Positions 9,979-19,096 of a stretch of DNA of 64,000 bases are shown here, piece by piece. Source of the DNA: an uncultured Chloroflexia bacterium. Its GTDB lineage: Bacteria > Chloroflexota > Limnocylindria > QHBO01. Within the stretch, counting starts at the first letter, position 1. Each line of letters opens with the position of its first letter. A model generated the notes under the pieces. It searched no databases. It was not told the origin of the DNA and saw only the letters and a program-made list of their open reading frames with translations. The translations under genes and the position numbers were made by a program. The stretch lies in NCBI GenBank assembly GCA_963825525.1, contig CAWGTN010000002.1, positions 1,536,001 through 1,600,000 on the forward strand, given 5' to 3'.

Positions 9979-10034
9979 GCCCTCTGCTAGCATCGGCGCC
10001 CGACCCATGGTCGGACGACGCAGGAGGTGCACCG

Positions 10035-10829
10035 CTGGCGAGCTCGACCCCCGATGCGCTGTGGAGCGCGTCGCCGCTCCGTGCGCTGCGCCCTGCCGCG
10101 GTGACGTGCACCGACCTGCGGCGCGGCCGCGAGATCGTTCATTGCTCGTTCTCGATCCCGGCGGGCGCCCGGATGCTCCTCGTTTCCGAACCGGAGCCGG
10201 CGGCATCGACCCTCGTGCGCGTCGTGGCGGGCCTGGCACGGATCGACGCCGGACGCATCTGGGTCGCCGGATCGAGCGATCCCACCGCGTACGGCTGGGG
10301 CCGGCGCGTCGCGTACCTTGGCCCGCGCGCCGGGCTCCACGAGTGGATGTCGCCGAATGAGCTGCTCGCGCTGGCCGGCGGGTTGCTGGGGCTGACGCCG
10401 GCCCAGGCCGCGCGCCGCTCCCACGAAGTCCTCGAGTGGACCCGGATCTCGGCGGCGATCGCCGCGCGGCCGATGCGTCGAGGTGGCGAGCCACTCCAGC
10501 AGCGAGCCGCACTCGCCGCCGCGCTGATGGGGGAACCCGAGGTGCTCCTGCTCGACGAACCGCTGCGCGCGATCGACGCGCGGGAGCGCGCGCGGCTCCT
10601 GACGCTGCCCGGGCCGCGCCTGACCATGATCCTCGCGAGTCGCTACCCGGCAAGCGAAGTCGGACTGGTGGACCGAGTCGCGTACCTGGCCGAAGGTCGG
10701 ATCCGGATGATCGCGCCGGTCGATGCGCTGAAGGACGCAGGGCTGACCCTGTCGCACCGGGGGATCGTGGCCCTCAGTGACCAGATGGGCGCCCGCGCCC
10801 CGATCCGCAAGGCAACGGCACGGGCATGA
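10035..10829 (+). CDS. ABC ATP-binding-like protein with degenerate Walker A
   Basis: Walker B LLLDEPL retained; P-loop reads SEPEPAAST; probable CTG start 7 nt after AGGAGG (10022-10027). Confidence 0.7.
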   Translation: MASSTPDALWSASPLRALRPAAVTCTDLRRGREIVHCSFSIPAGARMLLVSEPEPAASTLVRVVAGLARIDAGRIWVAGSSDPTAYGWGRRVAYLGPRAGLHEWMSPNELLALAGGLLGLTPAQAARRSHEVLEWTRISAAIAARPMRRGGEPLQQRAALAAALMGEPEVLLLDEPLRAIDARERARLLTLPGPRLTMILASRYPASEVGLVDRVAYLAEGRIRMIAPVDALKDAGLTLSHRGIVALSDQMGARAPIRKATARA

Positions 10830-11512
10830 GCCAGACCTGGCTGGTCGCACGACTGGCATTGCGCGAGCTGTGGATGAGCTTCCGACTGTTCGTGCTGCTG
10901 GCCGCGTACCTCGGGGCGGGTGTCCTGATCGCGTCGGTGCCGGGGACGGACGCCGAGACCCTGGAGCGCCTGACGCTCGCTTTCGCGGTCGCCACCGTCG
11001 TCGGCGCGGCGACGGCCGCGTGGTCGCTCAGCCACGAGCGTGAGCTTGGCCGGATCGGCTGGCTCGCGGCTCGATCGATCGAGCGGCGGCGGATCCTGAC
11101 CGGCTGGTTCGTCGCGCTCGGCGCGCTCACGGTGGGCGGTACCGTGGGAACCGCGGTTCTCGGTTGGGCGGCGGCGGGTGGCTCCGTCGAACGCGTGAGC
11201 CCGATCGCCTTCGGATGGACCATCGTGGCGGTTGCGTGCGCCGCCACGGCCCTGCTGGCACTCGGCCTGCTGGTCGGCGCCTGGCTGCCACCCCGATTGG
11301 CCAGCATCGGGGCGATCGTGGTGGGTGGCCTGGTCATCGGGGCCGGTTGGGCGGCGCCGTGGTGGCCCGCACTCCCGGTCAAGGCACTCGCCGAGCTCCC
11401 GCAGCTGGATCGGCCGATCTCCCTGGCCATGCAGGGCGCGGGGCTGATGCTGGCGGTCGCGGTGCTGTTCCTGGTGATGGCCTCGATCGTGCTTGGTCGC
11501 GCCGACCTGTGA
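10826..11512 (+). CDS. Integral membrane protein, ABC-2 permease-like
   Basis: About 6 hydrophobic segments, ERELGRIGWL, C-terminal RADL; ATGA overlap with the ATPase-like gene. Confidence 0.65.
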   Translation: MSQTWLVARLALRELWMSFRLFVLLAAYLGAGVLIASVPGTDAETLERLTLAFAVATVVGAATAAWSLSHERELGRIGWLAARSIERRRILTGWFVALGALTVGGTVGTAVLGWAAAGGSVERVSPIAFGWTIVAVACAATALLALGLLVGAWLPPRLASIGAIVVGGLVIGAGWAAPWWPALPVKALAELPQLDRPISLAMQGAGLMLAVAVLFLVMASIVLGRADL

Positions 11513-13074
11513 ACGAAGAGCCGATCCGCATCCACCCCGTCGCCGCCTGGGCGGCGCTCGTCTTCGCCAGCCTGGGGGTGCTGCTGGGCGGCGCCGAGCT
11601 CATGGTGGTGGCGATCGCACTGCCCTCCATCGTGGCCGATTTCGGCGGCTGGGCGGATCTGGCGCGGGTCAGCTGGATCGTGAACGCGTACCTGCTCGCC
11701 TACGTGGTGGCGATGCCGCTGGCCGGCCGTGGCGCCGACCTGTGGGGGGCGCGGCGCCTCTACGTTGTCGCGTTGCTCCTGTTCGTCATCGGCAGCGCCG
11801 GAGCCGGACTGTCACGCTTCGCTGGGCCGGACGGCCTGACCTGGCTCATCGTCGCTCGCGTGATCCAGGGCTTTGGCGGGGGGGCGCTGGTTCCGCTCTC
11901 GATGGCGCTGGCGAGCCACCTGTTCAGCGGCCGCGCGCGGGCCACGGCCCTGGGCGTCGAAGGCGCCGCGACGTACATCGGCATGGCGATCGGGCCGGCC
12001 TACGGGGCCTGGGTGCTGCTCAACTTCAACCTGCCGATTCCCGGGCTCGACATGGCCAGCTGGCAATGGATCTTCCTGCTGAACGTCCCGATCGGCATCG
12101 TGACCCTGCTGCTGATCTACGTGGTGGTGGGCGGCATCGAGACTCCCCGCGTGCGCGCGTCGCTCGATCTGCTCGGCGCCGCGCTGCTCACCGTGGCGCT
12201 CGTCAGCGGGATCGGCGCCGTCACCGTCTCCGGGACGAACGGGTGGCTGAGCCCAGCCGTGATCGGCGGCGTGGCGATTGCGGCGCTCAGCGGCGTGGCG
12301 TTTGCGTGGCATCAGCTCCGCGTCACCTCGCCGCTCGTCGACCTCCGGCTGTTCGTCGACCGCGCGTTCAGCTCGGCCAACGCGGTCAGCCTGCTCACCG
12401 GCTACACCCTGGCGACGGCGATCATCGGCGGGCCGGTCTTCGTGAATCGTGTCCTGTTCGGCGGGGACGTGGATGCATCGACGGTGCTCACGGCGCTGAC
12501 CCTGGCCATCGCCGGCGGGGCGTTGCTGGGCGGGCTGCTGTCCGCCTTCATCGGGGAGCGAATCGTGACGATCGTCGGCGTGCTGGCCAGTGCCGTCGGA
12601 CTGTGGCTGGCGATGAGGTGGGGGGTCGAGACAGGCGTCGGTCAGCTCACCACCGACCTCGCCATCTACGGCGTCGGCTTCGGGCTGACGGTCTCCCCGC
12701 GCGCCACGGCCGCGGTCGACGCGGCGGGTGCCGGGGCGTATGGGGTGGCCAGCGCCATGCTTCAGATCACGCGGACCATCGGCATGAGCATCGGCCTGGC
12801 GCTGCTGACCTCGATCGGACAGAACCGAATCGACGAGCTCTCGGCACTCATCGCCGACCCGATGCTGCGCGACGAGCTGGTCCAAGACCTCGGCAGGTCG
12901 GAGTTTGTCGGAGTCGACCCACGGGCGTCACTGCAGCTCGTGGACTTCCTCGAACGCTGGTCGCAGGGCCAGTCGGCTGAGGTGCTCCAGATGGTGTTCG
13001 GGATTGCGCTGGCGGTTGCGGTGGCCACGCTTCTCCCGGCCTGGTTTGTCCGTGGGCGCTCGGCCCAGCGCTAA
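11509..13074 (+). CDS. MFS transporter, DHA2/EmrB-like (14 TM)
   Basis: VAIALPSI, WIVNAYLL, GRGADLWGARR, ARVIQGFGGG, WQWIFLLNVPIG. Confidence 0.9.
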   Translation: MNEEPIRIHPVAAWAALVFASLGVLLGGAELMVVAIALPSIVADFGGWADLARVSWIVNAYLLAYVVAMPLAGRGADLWGARRLYVVALLLFVIGSAGAGLSRFAGPDGLTWLIVARVIQGFGGGALVPLSMALASHLFSGRARATALGVEGAATYIGMAIGPAYGAWVLLNFNLPIPGLDMASWQWIFLLNVPIGIVTLLLIYVVVGGIETPRVRASLDLLGAALLTVALVSGIGAVTVSGTNGWLSPAVIGGVAIAALSGVAFAWHQLRVTSPLVDLRLFVDRAFSSANAVSLLTGYTLATAIIGGPVFVNRVLFGGDVDASTVLTALTLAIAGGALLGGLLSAFIGERIVTIVGVLASAVGLWLAMRWGVETGVGQLTTDLAIYGVGFGLTVSPRATAAVDAAGAGAYGVASAMLQITRTIGMSIGLALLTSIGQNRIDELSALIADPMLRDELVQDLGRSEFVGVDPRASLQLVDFLERWSQGQSAEVLQMVFGIALAVAVATLLPAWFVRGRSAQR

Positions 13075-13772
13075 CCCGCTGGCTCCGCGATGACCACGAG
13101 CTCACCCCAGTTGCGATTGAAGCCCTGCGAGGTCTGGAGCGTCAGGCGCTCGTAGTCGGTCGACGCGGTCCACGAGGCCCCCTCGTCGCAGTTGTCGTGG
13201 ATCTGGAGGGCCAGCGGCGGGTTCGGCGGATTGTTCTGCGTCGCGTTCGGGTCGGGGCAGGCGACGTTGGGCCGGACCTCGGTGACCGTGTAGCGCAGCA
13301 CGGAGCCGTTCGACATCCGGACCAGCACCTCGGCGCCGATCTGGACGTTCCAGAGCGGCTTGAACAGCCCGTTCACGGCGTGCGCGAAGATGTAGGAGTT
13401 CGTGTTCCTGCCCGGTTGGTTGCCGGCGCTCAGGATGTATGCGGCGTCGACCGGCGGGAAGCCATCCGTCTCGGCGCTTGTCGACTGGCGAACCAGGACG
13501 TTGATGCCCACTCCGGGGATTTCGAGCTGGGTCGCCGTCACGTCAGCCGGCAGGGGATCTGGCGTCGGAGACTCGGAGGGTTCCTGCGGCGACGCCGAGG
13601 TCGATGGCGTGGGCGTCGGTGTTGCCTCGGCCACCGGGGTTGGAGTCGAGGTCGTGATCGGCGGCAGGCTCGGCGTCGCAGGCCGATCAAGGTCGAGGGT
13701 GCCGGCGATAATGAGGGCCACCCCCGCAACACCCAGGATGATCGGGAGCGCCCATGACGAAAGACGCTTCAC
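13071..13772 (-). CDS. Sortase-fold protein with Ser at the catalytic Cys position
   Basis: N-terminal TM, Pro/Thr/Ser linker, LEIPGVGI, PG..TNSYIFAH, LFKPL, LTLQTS, ELVVIAE; -10 TAGACT 6 nt before GTG (leaderless). Confidence 0.75.
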   Translation of the reverse strand: MKRLSSWALPIILGVAGVALIIAGTLDLDRPATPSLPPITTSTPTPVAEATPTPTPSTSASPQEPSESPTPDPLPADVTATQLEIPGVGINVLVRQSTSAETDGFPPVDAAYILSAGNQPGRNTNSYIFAHAVNGLFKPLWNVQIGAEVLVRMSNGSVLRYTVTEVRPNVACPDPNATQNNPPNPPLALQIHDNCDEGASWTASTDYERLTLQTSQGFNRNWGELVVIAEPAG

Positions 13773-13801
13773 CGCGCGAGTCTACCGTCCGCACCGATGA
13801 C

Positions 13802-14596
13802 GTGCTGCAGCGGGCTATCGATCTCGCGATGGCCGCGTGGGCGACGGAGCCTGCCGGACTGCTGACCGACTTCGACGGCACGCTGTCGCCGATCGTCCCC
13901 GACCCGGCGAGCGCGCGGCTGGTCGAGGGCGCGCCCGCGGCGCTGAGCCGCCTCGCGGAACGCCTGGCCGTCGTGGCCGTCGTGACCGGGCGTGCGCCGC
14001 TCGACGCGAGGCGCATGACGGGCGTCCCCGGCCTGCTCATCGCCGGCAACCATGGGACCGAGTGGCTCGAGCCGGACTCCGACGAGCCCGTCGCCTCCCC
14101 CGAGGCGGCTGCCGCGCGGGCCGGCGTGCGCGAGGTGCTGACCCGGCTGCCCGAGCTGCCCGGCGTCACGGTCGAGGACAAGGGCAGCACCGCATCGGTC
14201 CATTTCCGCAACTCGCCCGATCCCGGGAGCGCGCTGCCGGCCATCCTGGCGGCGCTCGGGGACGTGGAGCCATTGGGCCTGCGCATCGGGCACGGCCGCC
14301 AGATCGTCGAGCTGCGCGCGATCGGTCTCGGGGACAAGGGAACCGCCACGCGGGCGATCGTGGAGCGCTTCGGCCTGCGTGGCGTGGTCGTGATGGGCGA
14401 TGACGTCACCGACCTGGACATGTTCGCGGCGATCGATGAGCTTCGGGCAGCCGGTCGGTTGCGGGGAGTGATCGTCGGTGTCGGCGGCCGCGACCACGAG
14501 GTCCCCGACGAGGTGGTGGACGCCTCGGACGTGGTGCTGCCCGGTCCGGCCGAGGCCGCCGCGTTCCTGGCTGACCTGTCCCGACTCAGCGGGTGA
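13802..14596 (+). CDS. otsB: Trehalose-6-phosphate phosphatase
   Basis: HAD motifs DFDGTLSPIV, VTGR, GNHG.E, DKG.A, GDDVTDLDMF; start uncertain (13754 or 13802). Confidence 0.9.
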   Translation: MLQRAIDLAMAAWATEPAGLLTDFDGTLSPIVPDPASARLVEGAPAALSRLAERLAVVAVVTGRAPLDARRMTGVPGLLIAGNHGTEWLEPDSDEPVASPEAAAARAGVREVLTRLPELPGVTVEDKGSTASVHFRNSPDPGSALPAILAALGDVEPLGLRIGHGRQIVELRAIGLGDKGTATRAIVERFGLRGVVVMGDDVTDLDMFAAIDELRAAGRLRGVIVGVGGRDHEVPDEVVDASDVVLPGPAEAAAFLADLSRLSG

Positions 14597-16091
14597 GCTG
14601 ACCCAGATCCTCGAGCTGGGTGCGCAGCCACCAGGTGATGTCCTCGCGGACGACCCCGGCCCGCAGCTTGCCCAGTCGCCGACGCCGCTCCTCGACCGGC
14701 ATGGCGAGGGCCGTGGCGAGGGCCTCGGCGGTCCCCACCACGTCGGCCGGTGCGACGGACAGCGCGCCGTTCGCCATCTGGTCGAACGCGCCGGCCGCCT
14801 CGGACAGGACGAGCACGGCATCCCGCTCGGAGACGACCACCGCCTCCTTGGCGACGAGATTCATGCCGTCGACCAGCGGATTCACGAGGATCGCATCGGC
14901 GATCGAGAGGCCGGCCAGCGCCTGCGCGTAGTCGTTCTCATAGAAGATCTGGATCGGGCGCCATGACGCCCGGCCGAAGCGCGCGTTGATTCGGTCGACC
15001 TCGTTCTGGACCTTGCGTCCGTAGTCGCCGTACTCGCGCAGGCCGGTCCGCGATGGCACGAGAAAGGCGAGGAAGCTCACCCGGCCTCGGAGGCGCGGCT
15101 GGCGCTGCAGCAGCGCTTCGTAGGCCAGGAACCCGCGGAGGATGTTCTTGGATGGCTCGAGCCGATCGACGCGGACGATCACCTGCTCACTCGTGTTGCT
15201 CAGCAGCTGCTCTGCACGCCGGCGTGCCGCACGTGACGACGAGATTCGCTGGGTAGCCTCGACGTCAATGCTGATCGGGTAGTGACGCACGTGCGTCGTG
15301 CGTCGCCGCCTGCGGACCGTTCGCGCGGCGTAGTCGACCGTCGCGTCGGGCAGGAACGTCTCGACCATCCGCATGAAGTTGTGCGCGTAGCGCTCGGTCT
15401 GGAATCCCACGACATCGTTCCCCAGCAATCCGCTGGCGATGCCCTCCCGGATCGCCGGCGCAATGGCCATCCAGATGCTCGATGGCGGCCATGGGATGTG
15501 GGTGAAGTGGCTCAGGATCGCCTTCGGGCGTGCACGACGGATGCTCGCCGCAGCCGTGTACAGGTGGTAGTCGTGGAGCATGATCCGTGGCCGTTTGTCG
15601 CCGCGCGCCTGGGACAGCACCGCCGAGGCGAAGGCCTCATTCATGGCCAGGTAGCCGCGCTCCCACGCCCGCATGGTCGAGGCGTCGATCACGGGTCGCT
15701 CCGGAAGGTTCCACATCTGGTGCTGCAGGAACCACAGGAGCGGATTCGCGATGACGTTGTACGCCTGCTCGTAGACCGTGCGCTCCACGGTCGCGAAGCG
15801 CAGGCGAACGGAATCGTCGTCGCCCGCCGCCTGGCGAAGGAGCTTCGGCTCCTGCGCGGCCCTGCGGTCCCCGTCGCTCATGGCCGCCGCGACCCAGGTC
15901 ACCGGCACGTGGCGTCCGACCTGCCCGAGGGCGGTGACGAGTCCCCCGGACCCGCGCCGCGGACGCAACGATCCGTCGGCGGCCGAGGTGAACGTGACCG
16001 GTCCGCGGTTGGTGGCGATGATCAGCCGGCGGTCGCCGAGCAGGGCGGACGCGGCGGCTCCGAGGGCATCATCGGCCTTGGCGTCAGTCAT
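14586..16091 (-). CDS. otsA: Trehalose-6-phosphate synthase (GT20)
   Basis: NRGPV, GGLVTAL, HDYHL, HFTHIPWP, RVDRLEPSKN, DGMNLVAKE, LSEAAGA. Confidence 0.9.
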   Translation of the reverse strand: MTDAKADDALGAAASALLGDRRLIIATNRGPVTFTSAADGSLRPRRGSGGLVTALGQVGRHVPVTWVAAAMSDGDRRAAQEPKLLRQAAGDDDSVRLRFATVERTVYEQAYNVIANPLLWFLQHQMWNLPERPVIDASTMRAWERGYLAMNEAFASAVLSQARGDKRPRIMLHDYHLYTAAASIRRARPKAILSHFTHIPWPPSSIWMAIAPAIREGIASGLLGNDVVGFQTERYAHNFMRMVETFLPDATVDYAARTVRRRRRTTHVRHYPISIDVEATQRISSSRAARRRAEQLLSNTSEQVIVRVDRLEPSKNILRGFLAYEALLQRQPRLRGRVSFLAFLVPSRTGLREYGDYGRKVQNEVDRINARFGRASWRPIQIFYENDYAQALAGLSIADAILVNPLVDGMNLVAKEAVVVSERDAVLVLSEAAGAFDQMANGALSVAPADVVGTAEALATALAMPVEERRRRLGKLRAGVVREDITWWLRTQLEDLGQLTR

Positions 16092-16095
16092 CCGC

Positions 16096-17559
16096 TCAGA
16101 ATAGGCTCGACGCGGACACCTCGATCAGCTCCAGGACCCCGCCGGGGAAGAGGCCAAGGATGACCACCCCCGCCACCGAGAGCGCCAGTGCCACGGTGCC
16201 GAAGGGTGAGGTGTCGATGGGGGCGGGGTCGTCCTCCGGATCCCGCATGTACATGTAGACGATGACGCGAAGGTAGTAGAACGCGGCCATCGCGGCATTC
16301 AGGACGAGGATCACGGCAAGCCAGGCCAGCCCCGCGTCGACCGCCGCCAGCAGCACGTACAGCTTGGCGAAGAACCCGACCGTGGGTGGGATGCCGGTGA
16401 GGCTGAGCATGAGCACGCCCATCGCAGCGGCACGGGCCGGCGACCGCGACCCGAGGCCGGCGAACGAGTTCAGGCCGCCGAACCGCCGCGTGTCTCGCTG
16501 CAGCATGCCCACCACCGCGAAGGCGGCGATGTTCATCACCGCGTAGCCGAGGACGTAGAACAGCACCGACTCGATGCCCTGCGCGGCGGTCTCCGGGTCG
16601 GAGGCGTTGGCGAAGGCGGCCAGGCCCACCATGATGTAGCCGGTGTGGGCGATGCTCGAGTACGCCAGCATCCGCTTCACGTTGACCTGGGTGAGCGCGA
16701 CGACGTTCCCTACCGTCATCGTGAGCACGGTGAGCACCAGGAAGACGCCGATCCAGTCGGCGCGCAGCGGTGCGAGCGCCTCCGCGAAGACACGGACCAG
16801 GAGGGCAAAGGCCCCGAGCTTCGGGCCCACCGACAGGAATCCGGTGATCGGCGTCGGAGCGCCCTGGTAGGCATCCGGCGTCCAGTAGTGGAACGGGACC
16901 GCCGCGATCTTGAACGTGCCGCCCACGATGAGGAATCCGATGGCGATGAGCAGTGCGCCGCTCATGCGTCCCTCGAGGCCCGATGCCGCGATCTCCGCGA
17001 TGTTGGTGGTGCCGGTGAGCCCGTAGAGCCAGCTGATGCCGAACAGCACGATGGCGCTCGCGAAGCTTCCGAGCAGGAAGTACTTCAGCCCGCCCTCGTT
17101 GCTGTAGCGGTCCGTCTTGTGGAGGCCGGTGAGCAGGTAGGACGGCATCGTCATCAACTCGAGGCCAAGGAACAGGGTGATCAGGTCGGAGCTCGACGCG
17201 AGCACGAACATACCGAGCAGCGCGCTGAGCAGGATCATGTGGAACTCGCCCAGCGGGATCCTGCGCACGAGGAGGTAGGAGGGCGCGAACAGCACCGAGA
17301 TGACGCCGATGACCACCGTCGCCGCCTTGAAGAAGACGGACAGGTCGTCCACCACGTAGAAGCCGGCGTAGACGGTCTCGTTGACATCCCACACCACGAA
17401 CAGCGCGGCACCGACGAGGACGAGACCGGCCACCGTGAGCGGAGTGAGGATCCACTTGTCGGCACGCGCCAGGAACAGGTCGACCGTGATCACCGTGAGG
17501 ATGAGGACCACGAGCAGCAGCTCCGGCATGAGCGTGACGAGGTCGTCGATGTACGTCAT
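16096..17559 (-). CDS. nuoN: NADH-quinone oxidoreductase subunit N
   Basis: FKIAAVPFHYWTPDAYQGAP, KRMLAYSSIAHTGY, GIPPTVGFFAK. Confidence 0.95.
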   Translation of the reverse strand: MTYIDDLVTLMPELLLVVLILTVITVDLFLARADKWILTPLTVAGLVLVGAALFVVWDVNETVYAGFYVVDDLSVFFKAATVVIGVISVLFAPSYLLVRRIPLGEFHMILLSALLGMFVLASSSDLITLFLGLELMTMPSYLLTGLHKTDRYSNEGGLKYFLLGSFASAIVLFGISWLYGLTGTTNIAEIAASGLEGRMSGALLIAIGFLIVGGTFKIAAVPFHYWTPDAYQGAPTPITGFLSVGPKLGAFALLVRVFAEALAPLRADWIGVFLVLTVLTMTVGNVVALTQVNVKRMLAYSSIAHTGYIMVGLAAFANASDPETAAQGIESVLFYVLGYAVMNIAAFAVVGMLQRDTRRFGGLNSFAGLGSRSPARAAAMGVLMLSLTGIPPTVGFFAKLYVLLAAVDAGLAWLAVILVLNAAMAAFYYLRVIVYMYMRDPEDDPAPIDTSPFGTVALALSVAGVVILGLFPGGVLELIEVSASSLF

Positions 17560-17569
17560 GCGCAGCTCC

Positions 17570-19096
17570 TCACCACAGCGGCCCGAATGCGGTCAGGCCG
17601 GCACCACGGACTGCATCGAGGATCCGGTCGACCGGTGCCGCGATCAACTCGAGGACCGGCCCCGGATACACCCCGAGGGCCACGACCAGGATGATGAGGG
17701 GCGCCAGCGCGATCCATTCATTGCGATTGATGTCGCGCAGCGCCGGCCACGACTGGCGCATCCAGTCGGACGGCACGGTGAAGAAGACGCGCTGGAACAT
17801 CCACAGCATGTACACCGCGCTGATGATGACGACGATCATGGTCGCCGCGGCGATGAATCCATTGGCACGGAACGCCCCGAGAATCACGAGGAACTCCCCG
17901 ACGAACCCGGAAAGCCCGGGGAGCCCGATGCTGGCGAAGGTGAAGAGGCCGAACATCGCGGCATAGCGCGGGATACGGGCGTTGAGCCCGCCCATGTGGG
18001 CGATGAGCCGGTCATGGGTCTGCTCGTACAGGATCCCGACCAGCATGAACAGCGCGCCGGTGGTGATGCCGTGGCTGATCATCTGGTAGATCGCACCCTG
18101 CAGGCCCTGCTCGTTGAAGACGAACGCGCCGAGCATCACGAAGCCCATGTGACTGACGCTCGAGTACGCGACCAGCTTCTTCAGATCGGGCTGGACCATG
18201 GCGACCAGGCCGCCGTAGATGATGGCGATGATGGCGAGGCCGATGATGATCGGCGCGAAGCTGACGGCCGCGTCGGGCAGGAGCGGCAGGCTGAAGCGCA
18301 GGAACCCGTAGCCGCCGAGCTTCAGCATGACGCCGGCCAGGATGATCGAGCCGGCGGTCGGGGCCTCGACGTGCGCGTCGGGCAGCCAGGTGTGGAACGG
18401 CCACATCGGCACCTTGATCGCGAACGCCAGGAAGAAGGCGACGAAGGCCAGTGCCTGGAGCGTATCGGCGTAGGCGAATCCGCGGAGCGCCTCGTAGCTG
18501 AAGGTGAAGGGCTGGCCGCTTGCCGCGTGGGCGATGGCCACGGCCAGGATGGCGACGAGCATGAGCAGCGAGCCGACCAGGGTGTAGAGCACGAACTTCA
18601 CGGTGGCGTAGATGCGCCGTGGCCCGCCCCACACCCCGATGATCACGTACATCGGGAAGAGGCTGATCTCCCAGAAGACGTAGAACAGGAACATGTCGAG
18701 CGCCATGAAGACCCCGAGCATCCCGACCATCAGGAGCAGGAGCGCGATGTAGTACTCCTTGACCCGCTTCTGGATCGGCTCCCAGGAGTAGAAGAGGGCG
18801 ACCACGCTGAGGACGGTGGTCAGCAGCACCAGGACGACCGAGAGACCGTCCACGCCCAGCGTGTAGCGCATGCCGAAGGCCTCGATCCAGGGCAGGTCCT
18901 CCCTGAACTGGAACTCGGATGCCGCCGAGGAGGCGTCGTAGCCGAGCAGCACGAGCGAGAAGGCGAGGCTGGCCAGCGCCGCCCCGAGCGCCACCCAGCG
19001 GATGGCTCGGTGATTGGAGCTCGGAATCAGGAGGAGCAGCAGGACGCCGACGACCGGCATGAAGATGATGAGTGAGAGCACCGGCAGGCCTGTCAT
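17570..19096 (-). CDS. nuoM: NADH-quinone oxidoreductase subunit M
   Basis: LGVDGLS, FYVFWE, KVPMWPFHTWLPDAHVEAPTAGS, LPGLSGFVGE. Confidence 0.95.
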   Translation of the reverse strand: MTGLPVLSLIIFMPVVGVLLLLLIPSSNHRAIRWVALGAALASLAFSLVLLGYDASSAASEFQFREDLPWIEAFGMRYTLGVDGLSVVLVLLTTVLSVVALFYSWEPIQKRVKEYYIALLLLMVGMLGVFMALDMFLFYVFWEISLFPMYVIIGVWGGPRRIYATVKFVLYTLVGSLLMLVAILAVAIAHAASGQPFTFSYEALRGFAYADTLQALAFVAFFLAFAIKVPMWPFHTWLPDAHVEAPTAGSIILAGVMLKLGGYGFLRFSLPLLPDAAVSFAPIIIGLAIIAIIYGGLVAMVQPDLKKLVAYSSVSHMGFVMLGAFVFNEQGLQGAIYQMISHGITTGALFMLVGILYEQTHDRLIAHMGGLNARIPRYAAMFGLFTFASIGLPGLSGFVGEFLVILGAFRANGFIAAATMIVVIISAVYMLWMFQRVFFTVPSDWMRQSWPALRDINRNEWIALAPLIILVVALGVYPGPVLELIAAPVDRILDAVRGAGLTAFGPLW

